NCBI RefSeq assembly: GCF_006345805.1
Contig: NC_043001.1
Coordinates: 78,864,001 to 78,928,000, forward strand
DNA from: Octopus sinensis
Taxonomy: Eukaryota
Direction of reading: 5' to 3'
DNA length: 64,000 bases
The notes beneath the pieces are model-generated. The model saw only the letters and a program-made list of their open reading frames with translations. It was not told the origin of the DNA and searched no databases. The first letter of the stretch is position 1. Each line of letters begins with the position of its first letter. A program made the translations under genes and the position numbers. This document shows positions 26,301 through 42,819 of the stretch, one piece after another.

Positions 26301-26500
26301 ATTGTAATTTGATAACTGATACAGGAACAAACATTGCAAATGGTGATGCTAGATGATGGCCTCGAAGAACGATAGAAATGAAATCATTTCGTTTCCGGGA
26401 GATGTGCTGCTAATGTTAGACTAATATTGTTGCAGCGATTGCAAGCGTTTTACATGTTAAGATTATTGAAGGTGGCTACGAGTTCGATATAGGAGATTGG
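23350..26500 (+). mobile_element. Heavily decayed Ty3/Gypsy LTR retrotransposon gag-pol relic (LTRs not identified)
   Basis: Ordered remnants across frames: knuckle CGYKYATLKCP (~23425), protease MLVDTRS (~23640), RT start SPLVVV*KAHGDLRICWSYK (~24075-24135), KAYYQI, YxDD decayed to VYNDEIFV (~24675), RNase H NGERHHITRSMSSC*NY (~25050), integrase TLHVD..LLLMVD, FSDNNF and SPYHSEWNGIAERMV (~25865). The RT-RH-INT order is the Gypsy order. Confidence 0.75.
24170..24388 (+). mobile_element. Non-autonomous mariner MITE nested in the Gypsy RT
   Basis: Imperfect terminal inverted repeats ACGAGGGGTGCTGAAAACTTCC ... AAAGCCATGAAATGTTAAGCACCCCTGGTA. Interior encodes the mariner C-terminus FLQGIEELKDRCKRCVNLRGEYVE*. 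Gypsy RT motifs resume on both sides. Confidence 0.85.
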
Positions 26501-26793
26501 CTATTCAGCTGAATAAAACTTCTGCATACAAAACTGGATCGTATTATACAACGGATTTGGTTGAATAAATACTGTAATGCACGACATATTTCTATAGTAT
26601 TTATGACAAACGAACGCTATTATAGTACGTATATGCAGATATTATTTGAAGAGATCCCAAACTGATAGAAGCAAACTTCATCATGTAAAAAATATTTACT
26701 TTCATTAAGCAGCTTGCACATCGTTTCAATACAGAGAAAAATAGTATTATAAGAGTAGTAGAATATATATATATGTGTGTGTGCGTGTGTGTG

Positions 26794-26870
<77 letters not shown>

Positions 26871-27397
26871 TATATATATATACATACACACACACAAAAC
26901 CCCACACACATACAGAAAAGGACAGAATGTGAAAATTGCGAATGTAAAATAGGAGTTACATAATGAATAAAACCGAAACTTCAGGCACTTTCCTCTAAAA
27001 ACGAACTATATTCATTTGTAACAACTGGTTATTAGAACTGCTAAGCTTAATTGAGATAATAGTGTACCTTCCTACCTACCTACAAGAATACATATATGTA
27101 TTACATACATATATCCATGTATAATTATATATATGTATATATAAACATTCCGGGAGCTTGAAGACTGCTTAAATACAAGAGAGTATACTAGTCCCTTAAT
27201 ATTTGATATTCAGTATTTCATCTATTCAATAAGATAATCAATACTTCATTTCATTTTACTATATATACTATTTATACTATATATTCTATATTCTGCATTA
27301 ATATTATAAAGAATATAAATAAAACATAAAACATAAAAAACAGAGTTGGAATTCCTTTGAATAATATATATCCCTCTATACACAATCATACAAAGCC

Positions 27398-27446
<49 letters not shown>

Positions 27447-27835
27447 AGTATAGATAAAAAAAATATGAATGTGTGTGTGTCTATGTGCGTGTAAGTAAGC
27501 ATAGGATATAAAGCTTGAGAGTGACTTTCAAATTTCACTGTAGATCGCGTTCGTTAGATTTCGTCCCTACACCTTCCTTCAACGAAATTTCAAATTACGC
27601 TAATGGTTTTCTTGTGAACATCATTGTTATTCTACTGAGACGTATTGCATAATATCTCTGTTGATATTTGACTATTCCCATAATTGTATACACGTACTCT
27701 ATACGAACGTATATGTATACATACACAGGCACACTGGACCCCATCATATGCATATGCATAAAGTTATAAATATATGATATAAGTTATACACACACACGTA
27801 TATGAATGTATATTTTCAAATATCTGTATATCTGT

Positions 27836-27877
<42 letters not shown>

Positions 27878-28052
27878 ACACACACATATATATATGTATA
27901 TATATTTATATATATATGCATGCATATATATGTAAATATACATACACACACGTATATATAGGCAGAGAGACAGAGAGACAGATAGATAGATAGACAGATA
28001 GATAAATAGACAGATAGATAGATAAATAGATAGATAGATTGATAGATGGATA

Positions 28053-28095
<43 letters not shown>

Positions 28096-28806
28096 TACAT
28101 CATATACACCATTTCCTGCAACAATATCAACAGCACCAACACAGCTACCACCACTGCTATTACCATTACCATGACGACGACCAGGAACACCACCACAAAA
28201 CCAACACTAATCCAGCAGCTACAGCAACGGTAGCAACAACATCTACAACAACAAGATTAAAAAATAAAGAAAGAAATAATCAACAACATCTTAAAAACCG
28301 GAAAGGTCGCCTGTTGCAGCCTTTACCTGAGGCTTGACACTTTCACCGTTGCGAAATTGATAAAAATACGTAGTTATTTTTTTATTTACTCTCTATATCT
28401 CATTGTCATTCGGAATAAAATCATCTTCCCTAATTACCATTTCAATGAAGGATAAGAATAAAAAATAAACACGAAGGCATTACATTGAATACAAGACAAT
28501 TGTTAGACAAATAATGGAATTGGGTTGTGTTTTCTTTATGCCCTTATATTTTCTTCTTTGTGTTTCGCGGCTTTTAGAAACATATGTTTATTTTCGGTTT
28601 CTTTTTCTTTTCTTCTTTAATTTCCTTGTTTTTCATTTTTTTTTTGGCGTCTATGCTTCATATCGGGAGTTCGTATTCTATACCTTTCATACGTTATGCT
28701 TTTTTCTATTTTTTTTCTTTCCATCTCTGTCAATCAATTGGTCACTCTTTCACTCCCTCTCAATCCCTGTCTTTCTTTCTCTCTCTCAGTACGTATGTAT
28801 GTAGGC

Positions 28807-28858
<52 letters not shown>

Positions 28859-29061
28859 TATACATAGAGAGAGAGAGAGAGAGGCGTAAGCATGTATATA
28901 TTCGTGTGTGTACATATATATATATATATTATATATATACAAAGAGAGAGGGAAAGATTGCTAGATAGATAAGTAAATAGTTGCATACATATATATTGAC
29001 AGTTATATATAATGTATAGATACATTAAATATATATCACGCATATATGGGTTTAAATATGC

Positions 29062-29104
<43 letters not shown>

Positions 29105-29565
29105 ATATATTTATACACATTCATACATACATACACACATACATATATATATATGTATATATATATTTGTGGTGGGGGTGTATAAGAATGCATAGCAAAT
29201 ATGTACAGGAACAGAAACGAAAGAAGAAACGTAAGTTAAAAAAGAATATAGAAATATTGGAATATCTGAAGACACTTTCTTTGACCATTACCATTATCAC
29301 CACTGCCATCACCAACCACAACAATAGCAATAACCACCACTGTCTTAATCCTCCATTTCCACTTCCTTGTCACTATCAACAGAATTCCCCATCATCGTCA
29401 TTATCCTCATCACCAGAACCACAAGAATACAAAACCTGCATGAGCTTAACATTAAAAAACAAACAATTAAGCGGGAAAATAACGTATTCAAAATTCCTGT
29501 TCTACGTTGTTTTTTTTTTTCTGTGCGGTTTGTTTTCCCATTATTTTTTTGTCTGTTTCTTTTAG

Positions 29566-29632
29566 GGAGCAGGGCGTATTTTTGGGGAAATGGTTCCCTC
29601 GGGGCTTTTTGATATTATGGCACCTTGCTGGG
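29566..29632 (+). CDS. Candidate internal exon: GAGRIFGEMVPSGLFDIMAPCW
   Basis: Long pyrimidine tract TGTCTGTTTCTTTTAG, GC-rich 67-nt island, GG|GTAATA donor; two frames open. Confidence 0.3.
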
Positions 29633-29869
29633 GTAATAATGTAATAATAATAGCAATATCAACAACGTGAATGACTCTAAGGAAAATATGGAAGTACACA
29701 ACGAGAAGTAAATACACTAGCAGCAATTATAGACAACGAACGACAATATGGAGAATATATAAAATATATATAGGAGAGACTGAATAATGAAGGAAGCCAA
29801 TATGGAGTCGGAGAAGGAGCAGATGAAATACAAAGAAAGGAAGGGAGAAGGAAAGAGAGTAAGAACAAA

Positions 29870-31760
<1,891 letters not shown>

Positions 31761-32070
31761 TAAATATATCGATGTAGACAAATATGTTAAAATATGTGTG
31801 TGCATACAAACACACACATATATGCCCGTACATGTTTTTTGCCCATATACGCATATATTTTCTGGTTTATTTCTGTCATTTCAACTCCCCTGTTTTCGCT
31901 TGTTGCCCGGTTTCTCATGTTTTTCAAATATTTTGCTATTCTGGGAGGCCATGCTGTCACTGCGAGTATTTGTGCACATTTACAATCTGTACGTAACTTT
32001 CTTTAAGCAAATACATACACACCCTCACTCACACACACACATACACACACACACACACCACACACACACA

Positions 32071-32102
<32 letters not shown>

Positions 32103-32704
32103 AGCACACACACGTACACACACCGAAATACGTATTTTCCTTGCATTCATTTATTACTCCTTTCAGTTATTGGACTTCAGCCATACTGGCGGTTTGCTAT
32201 TTCATAGAAGTTAATTTATCGGTAACTTTAGCCGAACTGCTAGCTTACGTGGGAGTATACTCGCCCTCACATCACCAGTTGTTAAGCAATTGCGTGTTAT
32301 TAAAGCAAACGCAGAGACATCAATATGCAAGCATATACATATACATATATGCATATTTAAATAGAGATAGATTATTCGGGCTAGATTGACGATTTTTATG
32401 TCACCTTTTTTTTAAGAACCGCTTGACACAGATGATCACTCAACGACGTTGAAGAGTATAACAAGTAATGTTGTAGTAGAATGAAGGCCATGACATTGTG
32501 ACTGTTGTTCAATGCTCTGTGAACAGTCTAAACAATGTAGGACTAAGATATCCAATTTCACCTATGGTCTTTGGGTGTGACTCTTGTGAAGGTTATGTCG
32601 TAACGCTCCACATCTTAGTTTATTTAAATATACTTATTTACGTATGTATATTTAAATACACACCTATATATATGCATGTTACGTATGTTTATATACACAC
32701 CCAT

Positions 32705-33030
32705 ATATGAATGTATATAATCTCATTCCGGACGCATGTAAATCGAACCTCCACCAACTATTCTGCCTCTATATCTGTGCACATCTTTCAATGCAGTATG
32801 CGCCATAAGGTCTGCAGACTTATCGTAGGCCTCAAAAGACATTTGGAGATCATAAAGATCAGAACATATCTGCAGCTTATGGTGGTTCAAATCAGATATG
32901 CAATCTATGTGGATGTCTTTTCAATACATTGTTTGGTTTAAGGAGTCTTATCAGACACCATGATGGATCTAAGGTGTAAATACAAGGGGTGGCCAGAGTC
33001 TGTATAAGGAGTAGACAATCACGTTATATA
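32705..33030 (+). mobile_element. Probable LINE (RTE-like) 3' end with two C2H2-like remnants and a (TA)n tail
   Basis: CSMRHKVCRLIVGLKRHL and ICNLCGCLFNTLFGLRSLIRHH*-like remnants, then GGAGTAGACAATC and TATATA. Confidence 0.5.
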
Positions 33031-33724
<694 letters not shown>

Positions 33725-33831
33725 CATACACACATACATACATACATACATACATACATACATACACACGCACACTCACATATAAACACACACACAAACA
33801 TACATTCATAAATATATAAGGGTGAATAAAG

Positions 33832-34402
33832 ATTTATACACAGTGAGAAGACACTTGACATGACTTCTTACATGCTGCAAAGGGCAGTTAAACCCAAACC
33901 ACGTTTAAAAAAAAACGAATTCTTAAGACATGCTGTTAATAGGTACCAGAGTGAATAAAAACGTTAGTTAACCCCATACTCGAGTTTCGCTAGTAATGCC
34001 CAAAGCGATCAATATTTTTTATCTGTAGCTCTTCAGTAGCGTCGCTAGAAAATGCGTTATTATGTAGCTACAATACGTACAGAAAATACGAAGGAAACAT
34101 GTGCGGAGACAGCTCCATCTTTATATATTATGGATTCAAACCTAATTCGCGAGAGTAGTCTGAATAGTACAACAGTAAATAAATTCAACTGTGTACTTCA
34201 CGGCGTAAGAATTGAAAAATGTTGCTGCATAAATATAAATGAAAAGTTATCAAAATGCGTGATAATAGTCATAAGTCATAAAACATTTTAAATAAGATAG
34301 TATACAAATTTATACACGATGAGAAGACCATGTGCTTCGTACATGCTGAAAAGGGCAGTTACATCGAAACTACAGCAAAAAAATAAAAAAAGAATTCTAA
34401 AA
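33832..34402 (+). repeat. Diverged ~95-bp direct repeat (33832-33927 and 34308-34402)
   Basis: ATTTATACAC..TGAGAAGAC...TACATGCTG.AAAGGGCAGTTA...GAATTCT in both copies. Confidence 0.65.
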
Positions 34403-34469
34403 GCACTCTATACATACATATGTACATGCACAGGTACATAGATATATTCGTATATTCTTTCATTCTTTT

Positions 34470-34845
34470 CTTGTATTTGTTTCAGTCATTTGACTGCAGC
34501 CATGCGGAAGCACCACCTTTAGTCGAACAAATCGACGCCAAGACTTATTCTTTGTAAGCAAGATACTTATTCTAGCGGCCACTTAGGCTGAACCGCTAGT
34601 TTACGGTAACATAAACGCACCAACATCGGTTGTCAAGCGATGGCGAAGGGGGTGACAATACGGACACGGACACATATACATATGTATAATTAGGTACATA
34701 CGCCGGGCTTCTCTCAGTTTCTGTCTACCAAATCCGGTCACAAGGATTCAGACGGCCCGAGGCTATAGTAGAAGACACTTACCCGAGGTGTCACGCAGAG
34801 GGACCGAACCCAGAGCCATATGCTTGGGAAGCAAGCTTCTTACCA
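34470..34845 (-). mobile_element. SINE family B, near full length
   Basis: TTTCAGTCATTTGACTGCAGCCATG...GCTTCTCTCAGTTTC.GTCTACCAAAT...GGAAGCAAGCTTCTTACCAC. Confidence 0.85.
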
Positions 34846-34929
34846 CACATATATATATATATATATATTTATACATACCTACATACGTATATAGATGTAT
34901 TAGATATATGCATATATACATGCATACAA

Positions 34930-35155
34930 GGCAGCTAGCTGGCAGAATCCTTAACGATCCGGGCGAAAAGCTTTGTGGTATTTCGTCCGCCGCTGCGTTC
35001 TGAGTTCAAATTCTGCAAAGGTCGACTTTGCCTTTCATCCTTTCGGGGTCGATTAAATAAGTACCAGTTACGCACTGGGGTCGATGTAATCGACTTAATC
35101 CCTTTGTCCTCGTTTGTCACCTCTATGTTTAGCCCCTTGAAGGCGATAAAGAAAT
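34930..35155 (+). mobile_element. SINE family A, tail-B variant
   Basis: Full head and core, then ...TTTGTCACCTCTATGTTTAGCCCCTTG...ATAAAGAAATA. Confidence 0.9.
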
Positions 35156-35711
35156 AAAAATAGAAATAAGATATATGCATATATGTATATATGCATCTAA
35201 ATGTACATAAATACCTATGTGTGTGTGTATGCATGTGAATATACATATGTACATGCATATATATATTTATATATATATGTGTGTATATATATATACATTC
35301 ACACATGCGTATATATTTATAAACAGTCATAGTAGTGAAACGCGAGTAGTAATTATAATATAAACACATGGTGTGTGTGTGTGAGTGTGTATGCATATAT
35401 GTTCGGATATACATGCACACACGCACACATATATATATACTGCATAATGTATGAACTTTACATTTATATATGTATATGTGTGCGTTTGTCGGGTTGTGTA
35501 TGTATGTATTTACAATGGACAGATGGAATAATACAAATTTGATCGACCAGGAATATTTAGGACCGCGCGGATTACAATCAATGCATCTCATGTGTTTCCA
35601 CGAATTTTCAATTAGTTTGCCTCGGGCCGTCACCATGTGAACAGTTCATGAATTGTCTGTGCATTTTTATCTACAAGAAGCTTTGCTGTTTTATGGAAAT
35701 TGCCCTTCGTA

Positions 35712-35839
<128 letters not shown>

Positions 35840-36159
35840 TAAATAATAATAAAAAAGCGAGAGAAATTCTTATATTGCAAATGCTTCTTGTTTGAAAAGG
35901 TAAAAATAAAACATACTTGCAATTACCTTCGAACAATAATTCGATGCGATGGAACTCTGTACACGTGACAATGGTAATTCGGAAATTGACAGAGATTTTA
36001 CTGTGCCTGAATTATTTGGTCCGAATTACAAATGTATTCGTGTGTGTGCGTGTGTGCGTGCGTGCGTGTGTGTGTGTGTACTCGCGTGTGTATACATATA
36101 GATAAAAAGATACAAAATGTATCTACCTTTGTAACTACCTAGCCATTTATATACATATA

Positions 36160-36198
<39 letters not shown>

Positions 36199-36792
36199 TA
36201 TATATATGTGTGTATGAAAGTATATATATATGTATGCATGGATGGATGGATGGATGGATATACAAATATGCAGGGGATATAAGTAAAAGAAAATTTGCAA
36301 CAGTTTTGTTTTGCTTCGTATTTTCCAAGCTAATACAAAAATTGAAGCATTAAGTTGATAAAAATGGAATTTCTTCTGCTGTAGGGATTGAGGATTGTAC
36401 CAATCCAACATCTGAACAACCAATCTAACATCTGAAGTATGTCTGCAACCATAAAAATTATGAGAATTAATTCATCATTGGAAGACTATTGAATAGATGT
36501 GTTTGCTGGTGTGATTTAATTAAGAAGTCAACTGGATTGTGTAAAACATTGTTGGGTCATAGCTAGAAAAGAGATCCCTTTCCTGAAAAATATAAAGCCT
36601 GCTACCTTAAACAAAATAAATATTTAACGTGAACAAAGCTTATTATTTTATGATCGAACGTCTTCAACAATATTTAGTCTTGTACATGTAAAATAAACCA
36701 GTCATGTCACAAAACCCTTTGAAACTTCTTTGATGTTGTTATTTGCTGGAAAGAAAGACGCAAGCTTATACTAATGGCTATTTATTCTTCAG

Positions 36793-36843
36793 AAAATATG
36801 TTTGGCAAAGACTATCCCCTTCGATCTATCGCGATTTCTGTAG
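36793..36843 (+). CDS. Candidate internal exon: (E)NMFGKDYPLRSIAISV
   Basis: TTTATTCTTCAG acceptor, weak TAG|GTCAAC donor; phase 1-1, compatible with 29566-29632. Confidence 0.25.
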   Translation, partial: KICLAKTIPFDLSRFL

Positions 36844-37083
36844 GTCAACAACTTACTTAGGTACCCAAGTCACTTTAGAAGTCTATTTTCATTTTTTAAA
36901 AATATTCTGCTTCTTTTTTCTTTAATTTTTTATCTAGTTTCTGAGGAGAGTATTTAAAGTAAGCAATATTACATTTTAAACAATTCAAGGTATTGATTCT
37001 GCTCATGGAATTTCACGTGATCACATAATCAAGGAACGACCTTAACATCGAAATCCTGATACAAAAATCTTTTGTACATACAG

Positions 37084-37139
37084 TTGCTCAGAAACCAGGT
37101 GGCAACGCATTTTCCTTCGTTACCTTCCATGTTAAATAA
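37084..37139 (+). CDS. Candidate terminal exon: (V)AQKPGGNAFSFVTFHVK*
   Basis: TTTTGTACATACAG acceptor, phase-1 open frame to TAA, AATAAA at 37135-37140. Confidence 0.22.
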
Positions 37140-37419
37140 AAACGAGAAAACCTGCCAATGACAATAGCCGACATGCTTAAGAGGAAATAACTTCGTGCAG
37201 TATGCACCGTAATCACAAACATTTTCTCAAATTCAATAAATACTTTTAGAAAGAACATTCATTGAGAAACACCTTGATTCGATGAACTTGACAATAAAAT
37301 GATTATGGATATCCATGCAAAAACATAGAAAACTTTCCTAATTATGATTTTGTTATTGTATATGAACAGAAGCAATCGAAGAAGCGAGTAACAATATTTT
37401 CTACTAAACGAACAATACA

Positions 37420-38450
37420 TGAAATTTTGGGTAAGTAAAGTTGCGGAAGTCGATTACAATGACGCAAGTTCTCAACCAGTATTTAAGGATAACAGGCGAA
37501 ATCAACCTCAACGAATTTCAAACAGAGAACGTAAACGCAGATGAAATGCCGCATAGCGTCTTGTCCAGCGTGCTAACGATTCTGCTAACTCACCAAGTTA
37601 GAAGCAAGTAATAATTGTTTCTTATTTCTTTATTGCCCACAAGGGGCTAAACATAGAGGAGACAAACAAGGACAGACAAAGGGATTGAGTGGATTACGTC
37701 GACCCCAGTGCGTAACTGTTACTTATTTAATCGACCCCGAAAGGATGAAAAGCAAAGTGAACCTCGGCGGAATTTGAACTCTGAACATAACAGCAGACAA
37801 AATACCTATTTCTTTACTACCCACAAGGGGCGAAACACAGAGAGGACAAACAAAGACAGACAAAGGGATTAAGTCGATTATATCGACCCCAATGCGTAAC
37901 TGGTACTCATTTAATCGACCTCGAACGGATGAAAGGCAAAGTTGACCTCGGCGGAATTTGAACTCAGAGCGTAACGGCGGACGAAATACGGCTACGCATT
38001 TCGCCCGGCATGCTAACGTTTCTGCCAGCTCGCTGCCTCGTTTATATTATACGCAATAATAATTTCTATTATACACAAATGGACTGAAATTTTGGGGGAG
38101 ATGTGTAGTCGACTACATTGAGCCTTGAAAGGATGAAAAGCAAAGTTGGTGTCGGCGGAATTTTGAACTCAAAACATAAAGACTGATGAATTATGCTAAG
38201 TATTTTCAACGGCCTGCTACCGATACTGCCATTTCACCGCCATATATGCAGGTAATAATGATTTCAGATTATAGCACAAGGTCAACAATTTCGTGGGACT
38301 GGGTAAGTCAGTTACACCAATCCAGTTGCTCAAGTGTTACCTATTTTATCGAACCGGGAAGGATGAAAGGTGAAGTCGAATTGAGCGGAATTTGAACTCA
38401 GAACGTACAGGCAGATAAACGATTCTGTCAGGCAAACGATTCTACCTTAG
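37420..38450 (-). mobile_element. Five same-strand SINE family A units, including a tail-B dimer (37615-38040)
   Basis: Repeated cores; minus-strand junction AAAGAAATA|GGTATTT at ~37802-37815. Confidence 0.85.
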
Positions 38451-39894
38451 TTGCAGATAATAAAGAAAACGATGCGAATAAGCAAATAAAGAACCTCTCT
38501 ATAAAAACAACAAAAGGAAAATGAAAAGGCATTTTAAAAAGTGAAGGCGTTAAATGAAATGTTGACACATACCGTTCGAAGCAGCAGAAGAATCATGAAA
38601 GTGCGCGAAAAACTCCATTAAGATTTTTCTAAATTGCAAGAGTCTGTTTGAAGATCTGAAGAAAGAGTTCTAGTTGCAACGTATACTGTTTTATTGTCTA
38701 AAAAAGATAATGTACGTAATATTGTCTGTGTATTCTTCTTTTGCTGTGTCAACATTTAGAATTCACTTAAATTTCCAAATTTCAGAGAATAATTATATGT
38801 TTCCCCAAAATTCAAATATTTCCTTTTCCAAAATAAATGTACTTTATTGCATTATTTATAATGTATATTAAAAAATATATTCAATATATTCATTTTATTA
38901 TATTTTGGTATTAAAGAAAATTTAAGAAATAAATATGCAATACACTTTCTAGAAATTTTTATTGAACGTTTTCATGGGGCTGAAATAAATATACACTGGA
39001 TGTATATATAATTTAAAATATGAAGAAGTACATATATTTTGTTTTTATGAAGAGAACAAAGAAGTCAACACAAGAAAATTTAAATCGTAAAACGATATAT
39101 AATATAAAATTATTCTAGATTCTCTAGGTAAAATATTTGAATATATGAAATAGAAACAAAGCTAAGACTCCGAAGGATTTGATATTTATCATCCCCGAGT
39201 ACACTCAACAGAAAAGGGAAGTTTAACGTGAATAATAATATTTATTTCACAAAAAGTCGATATTAAAAATATTTGAAAGGTCAAAGTTCTAAGCTAGAAT
39301 GCAAATGATTGGAATGTGTCATATCTAATATTTTAACCACAGAGTCCAGATAAATATATTGCAGAATTTCACTTAAATCACAAAAGAATTGATTTCAATT
39401 CACATGTAACATACACACGTACACACATGTACGCACAAACACTCACTCACATATCCACACACAATTACAGAGGCGTGGACACACGTACTTGCACATAAGT
39501 ATTTAGTAACATCGGGTACACCAAATAAATCACTTTTAACGTTGTACTACGAAGTAGAAAAAAATTTATAACCAAAAGATCCTTCAATGGAAAAAGTCGA
39601 AGTCTGTCTATGGTTGAAATCGTAATCATAGTAACAATGAATAGAACACATGGTCTGCAGTTGTCCATAAGTCAGGAAACAAGATTTCCATGGGACTACT
39701 AACCAGGACTATATATTTACCTCGAGCATTAAAGAGGCTATTAGTTTTCGGGTAGATGGTCTGAAGAATCGTGAGTATTGTCAAATCCCGTAATAGTTGC
39801 GAAACCAATTGCAAGTTTCTGGGCAGTTATTTTCTATATCCAGGAATATTCTTTATATAAGTTATTATTCTTTATCTTCCTCTTTATTTATCAA

Positions 39895-40260
39895 CGCGTG
39901 TATACATCATTGGGGCACTGGGACATGTAGCTCACTGCCTAAATACCAATCACGAGAAATTAGGCTTCTCAAAACCAGAAAAGAGAAAGCTGATTCGAAG
40001 GCTACAGATCCAGCCCATCAGTAGCACTTTAAAAATCTGTAGAACTTTCCAGGAGTTTATCATTAAAATATATATGAGGATGTCTAGATATACAAGTATA
40101 TGCAAGAGAAGACATACATAATACAAAACATAAACATCTGCTCGTGTACATACATAAAAACCAAAGCTAACTTCTTGTTGGTATTGGATCTAGGTTTTAG
40201 AAAACGTCCCTTTCTCTATTGACAAGAAATCTTGAAATAAAACTGAATAATGATATACAT
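39895..40260 (+). mobile_element. 3' end of a different LINE lineage with a (TACA)n/(TA)n tail
   Basis: Plus frame IIGALGHVAHCLNTNHEKLGFSKPEKRKLIRRLQIQPISSTLKICRTFQEFII resembles the IIGALG C-terminus of RLE LINEs; about 180 bp of UTR runs into TACA/TA repeats. Confidence 0.6.
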
Positions 40261-40281
40261 ACATACACATATATATAAGGT

Positions 40282-40316
<35 letters not shown>

Positions 40317-40388
40317 TATATATATATTATATATAGTATATATATATATATATGTATGTATGTATATATATATATATATGTATGTATG

Positions 40389-40437
<49 letters not shown>

Positions 40438-40580
40438 TAAACATTATTGGTGAATTGAAGAAATGGAGCTGAACGCAGATTGAACAGAAATCGTTTTATT
40501 TCATTCTACACGTGTTTCGAAAGGCACAAATTACCAAAATCCGATTGAATAATGGGACCATATTGTGTCTTTCTCTTCAG

Positions 40581-40658
40581 GAAGAAAAAAGGAAATCCGT
40601 GGAAAAACAAAAACAGAAATTCAATTATCCGCACCAACGCACGGTTGCAACGCCAGAG
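40581..40658 (+). CDS. Candidate internal exon (78 nt; frame unresolved, phase-0 reading EEKRKSVEKQKQKFNYPHQRTVATPE)
   Basis: Strong acceptor TGTCTTTCTCTTCAG, donor GAG|GTTTGT, all three frames open, length divisible by 3. Confidence 0.4.
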
Positions 40659-41439
40659 GTTTGTACCTCCAACCGTGCTTTTACTGCTGTGATTTTTGCT
40701 ACTAAGGTATCGGTTAAACTTTTGATTAATCTACCACAAGATTATTCATCTTTCTTTGTTTTTATATATATAATATATATATTATATATATTCACACAAA
40801 AATATGCGTTGATGACGATAGTCATTTCAGTATGTACATATATATATATATAATATATATATATATTATATATATATATTATATATCTATATAATATATA
40901 TATATATATATTATATACAGTCACATATATTTCTGTATATAATAAAATGTAGTATAATAGGATGATGAATTAGTATACAAAAAAAACAGGAAAAAACAAA
41001 CAAATGTGGAAGCGTTCTCCCCCTTCATTATCGACCAAAAATCATCGTGATTTCGACACATTTTCGATAATATTGTGCAGTTTCGCGGCGCCATTACTAA
41101 ATCTACTAGGATGCAAATCAGAGGAAATGAAGGGCAGAGTGTGAAAAACTTGGAAAAAGATGGTGTATCTAAAGTGAACAGCAAAATAAGCACGTGATGA
41201 TAATAATGGTAAAATATATAAAATGAAAACATAAAGGCAGTAACGAAAAAATATAAACATAATAAACAACACATTTACATTCATAGTAGGCCTTTCTACG
41301 GACATACTACAGAAATAAGTGTGTGTGCTTGTGAGCCTGCGTGCGTGCGTGTGTTTGTATGTGTGTGTGTGTGTGTGTGTTTGTGTGTGTTTGTGTGTGT
41401 GTGTGTGTGTTTGTGTGTGAGTGTGTGTATGTGTGTGTT

Positions 41440-41474
<35 letters not shown>

Positions 41475-41712
41475 CTGTGTGTGTGTTTGTGTGTGTATGT
41501 GTGTGTGTGTGAGAGTGTGTGTGTGTGTGTCTGTTTGTGTTTTTGAAAATTGATATCCAATCAGTACTTCTCAATTACGAAAATTGTTTTTTTATTAATA
41601 TTTTCATTATTTAATTCTGATCCGTGATATTTTCCATGGATTCTTTTCCTTATTGACAGATCTCACAATTTTCGTAATTTCTCTGTTCACTATCTGCAAA
41701 TAATAAGATATA

Positions 41713-42116
41713 GGCGCAGGAGTGGCTGTGTGGTAAGTAGCTTGCTAACCAACCATATGGTTCCGGGTTCAGTCCCACTGCGTGGCATCTTGGGTAAGTG
41801 TCTTCTGCTATAGCCCGGGCCGACCAATACCTTGTGAGTGAATTTGGTAGACGGAAACTGAAAGAAGCCTGTCGTATATATGTATATATATATATATGTA
41901 TGTGTGTGTCTGTGTTTGTCCCCCTAGCATTGCTTGACCACTGATGCTGCTGTGTTTACGTCCCCGTCACTTAGCGGTTCGGCAAAAGACACCGATAGAA
42001 TAAGTACTGGGCTTACAAAGAATAAGTCCTGGGGTCGATTTGCCCGACTAAAGGCGGTGCTCCAGCATGGCCACAGTCAAATGACTGAAACAAGTAAGAG
42101 TAAGAGTAAGAGTAAG
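41713..42116 (+). mobile_element. SINE family B, full length (tRNA-like head, internal TA/TG microsatellite, AAGGCGGTGCTCCAGCATGGCC tail)
   Basis: GGCGCAGGAGTGGCTGTGTGGTAAG...GGTTCAGTCCC (A/B boxes); tail ends in (AAGAGT)n. Confidence 0.9.
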
Positions 42117-42429
42117 TATATGGTGACGACAACAACAACTACGACAACACGAAACATTGAAATAACGAAGTGAAACTTAAGTCAAATAACGATAGTGTAA
42201 TGGGGTATTACAATCATGTCTTTCAATAGGCCAACCGGATTACTCATTAGCATCACAATCGTTAACTCTATTACCGTAATAACACCGCCGTCGTTGCTGT
42301 CGTCACCGTTTATCTCGTAGATCCTGTTGTAATCCTCGGCGTCGTGGCCACCGCAACTGCAAGCAGCCAACGTCATCATCGTTGTCATCATCTAAGTTAT
42401 GGCGATCATCATCAACAACAACAACATAG

Positions 42430-42645
42430 AATGATGATAAGGATTTCAAAGTTTGGCACAGAGCCAGATGTTTTGGGGAAGAGGGGAATGATGAGTACAT
42501 CGATTGCACTTATTGACTGGTATTAATTTTTTAACAACACTGATAGGATGAAAGGAAAAAGTCGACCTCAGCAGAATTTGAACTCAGAACATAAAGACGG
42601 ACGAAAAGCCGCTAAGCATTTCGTCCAGCGTGCTAACGATCTTGA
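42430..42645 (-). mobile_element. SINE family A
   Basis: GATGAAAGGAAAAAGTCGACCTCAGCAGAATTTGAACTCAGAAC...GCGTGCTAACGAT. Confidence 0.85.
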
Positions 42646-42671
42646 ATAATAAAATTATAATAATAATAATG

Positions 42672-42707
<36 letters not shown>

Positions 42708-42819
42708 TAATAATAATAATAAATAATAATAATGATAATAATAATAATGACGACGATTATGATAATGATATTGATAATGAATATAATAATAATGATGATG
42801 ATGAGGATGATGATGATAC

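Noticed and set aside
37370-37437. Exon-like segment ending in GTAAGT
   Set aside because: The donor falls in the reverse-complement tail of a SINE family A copy.
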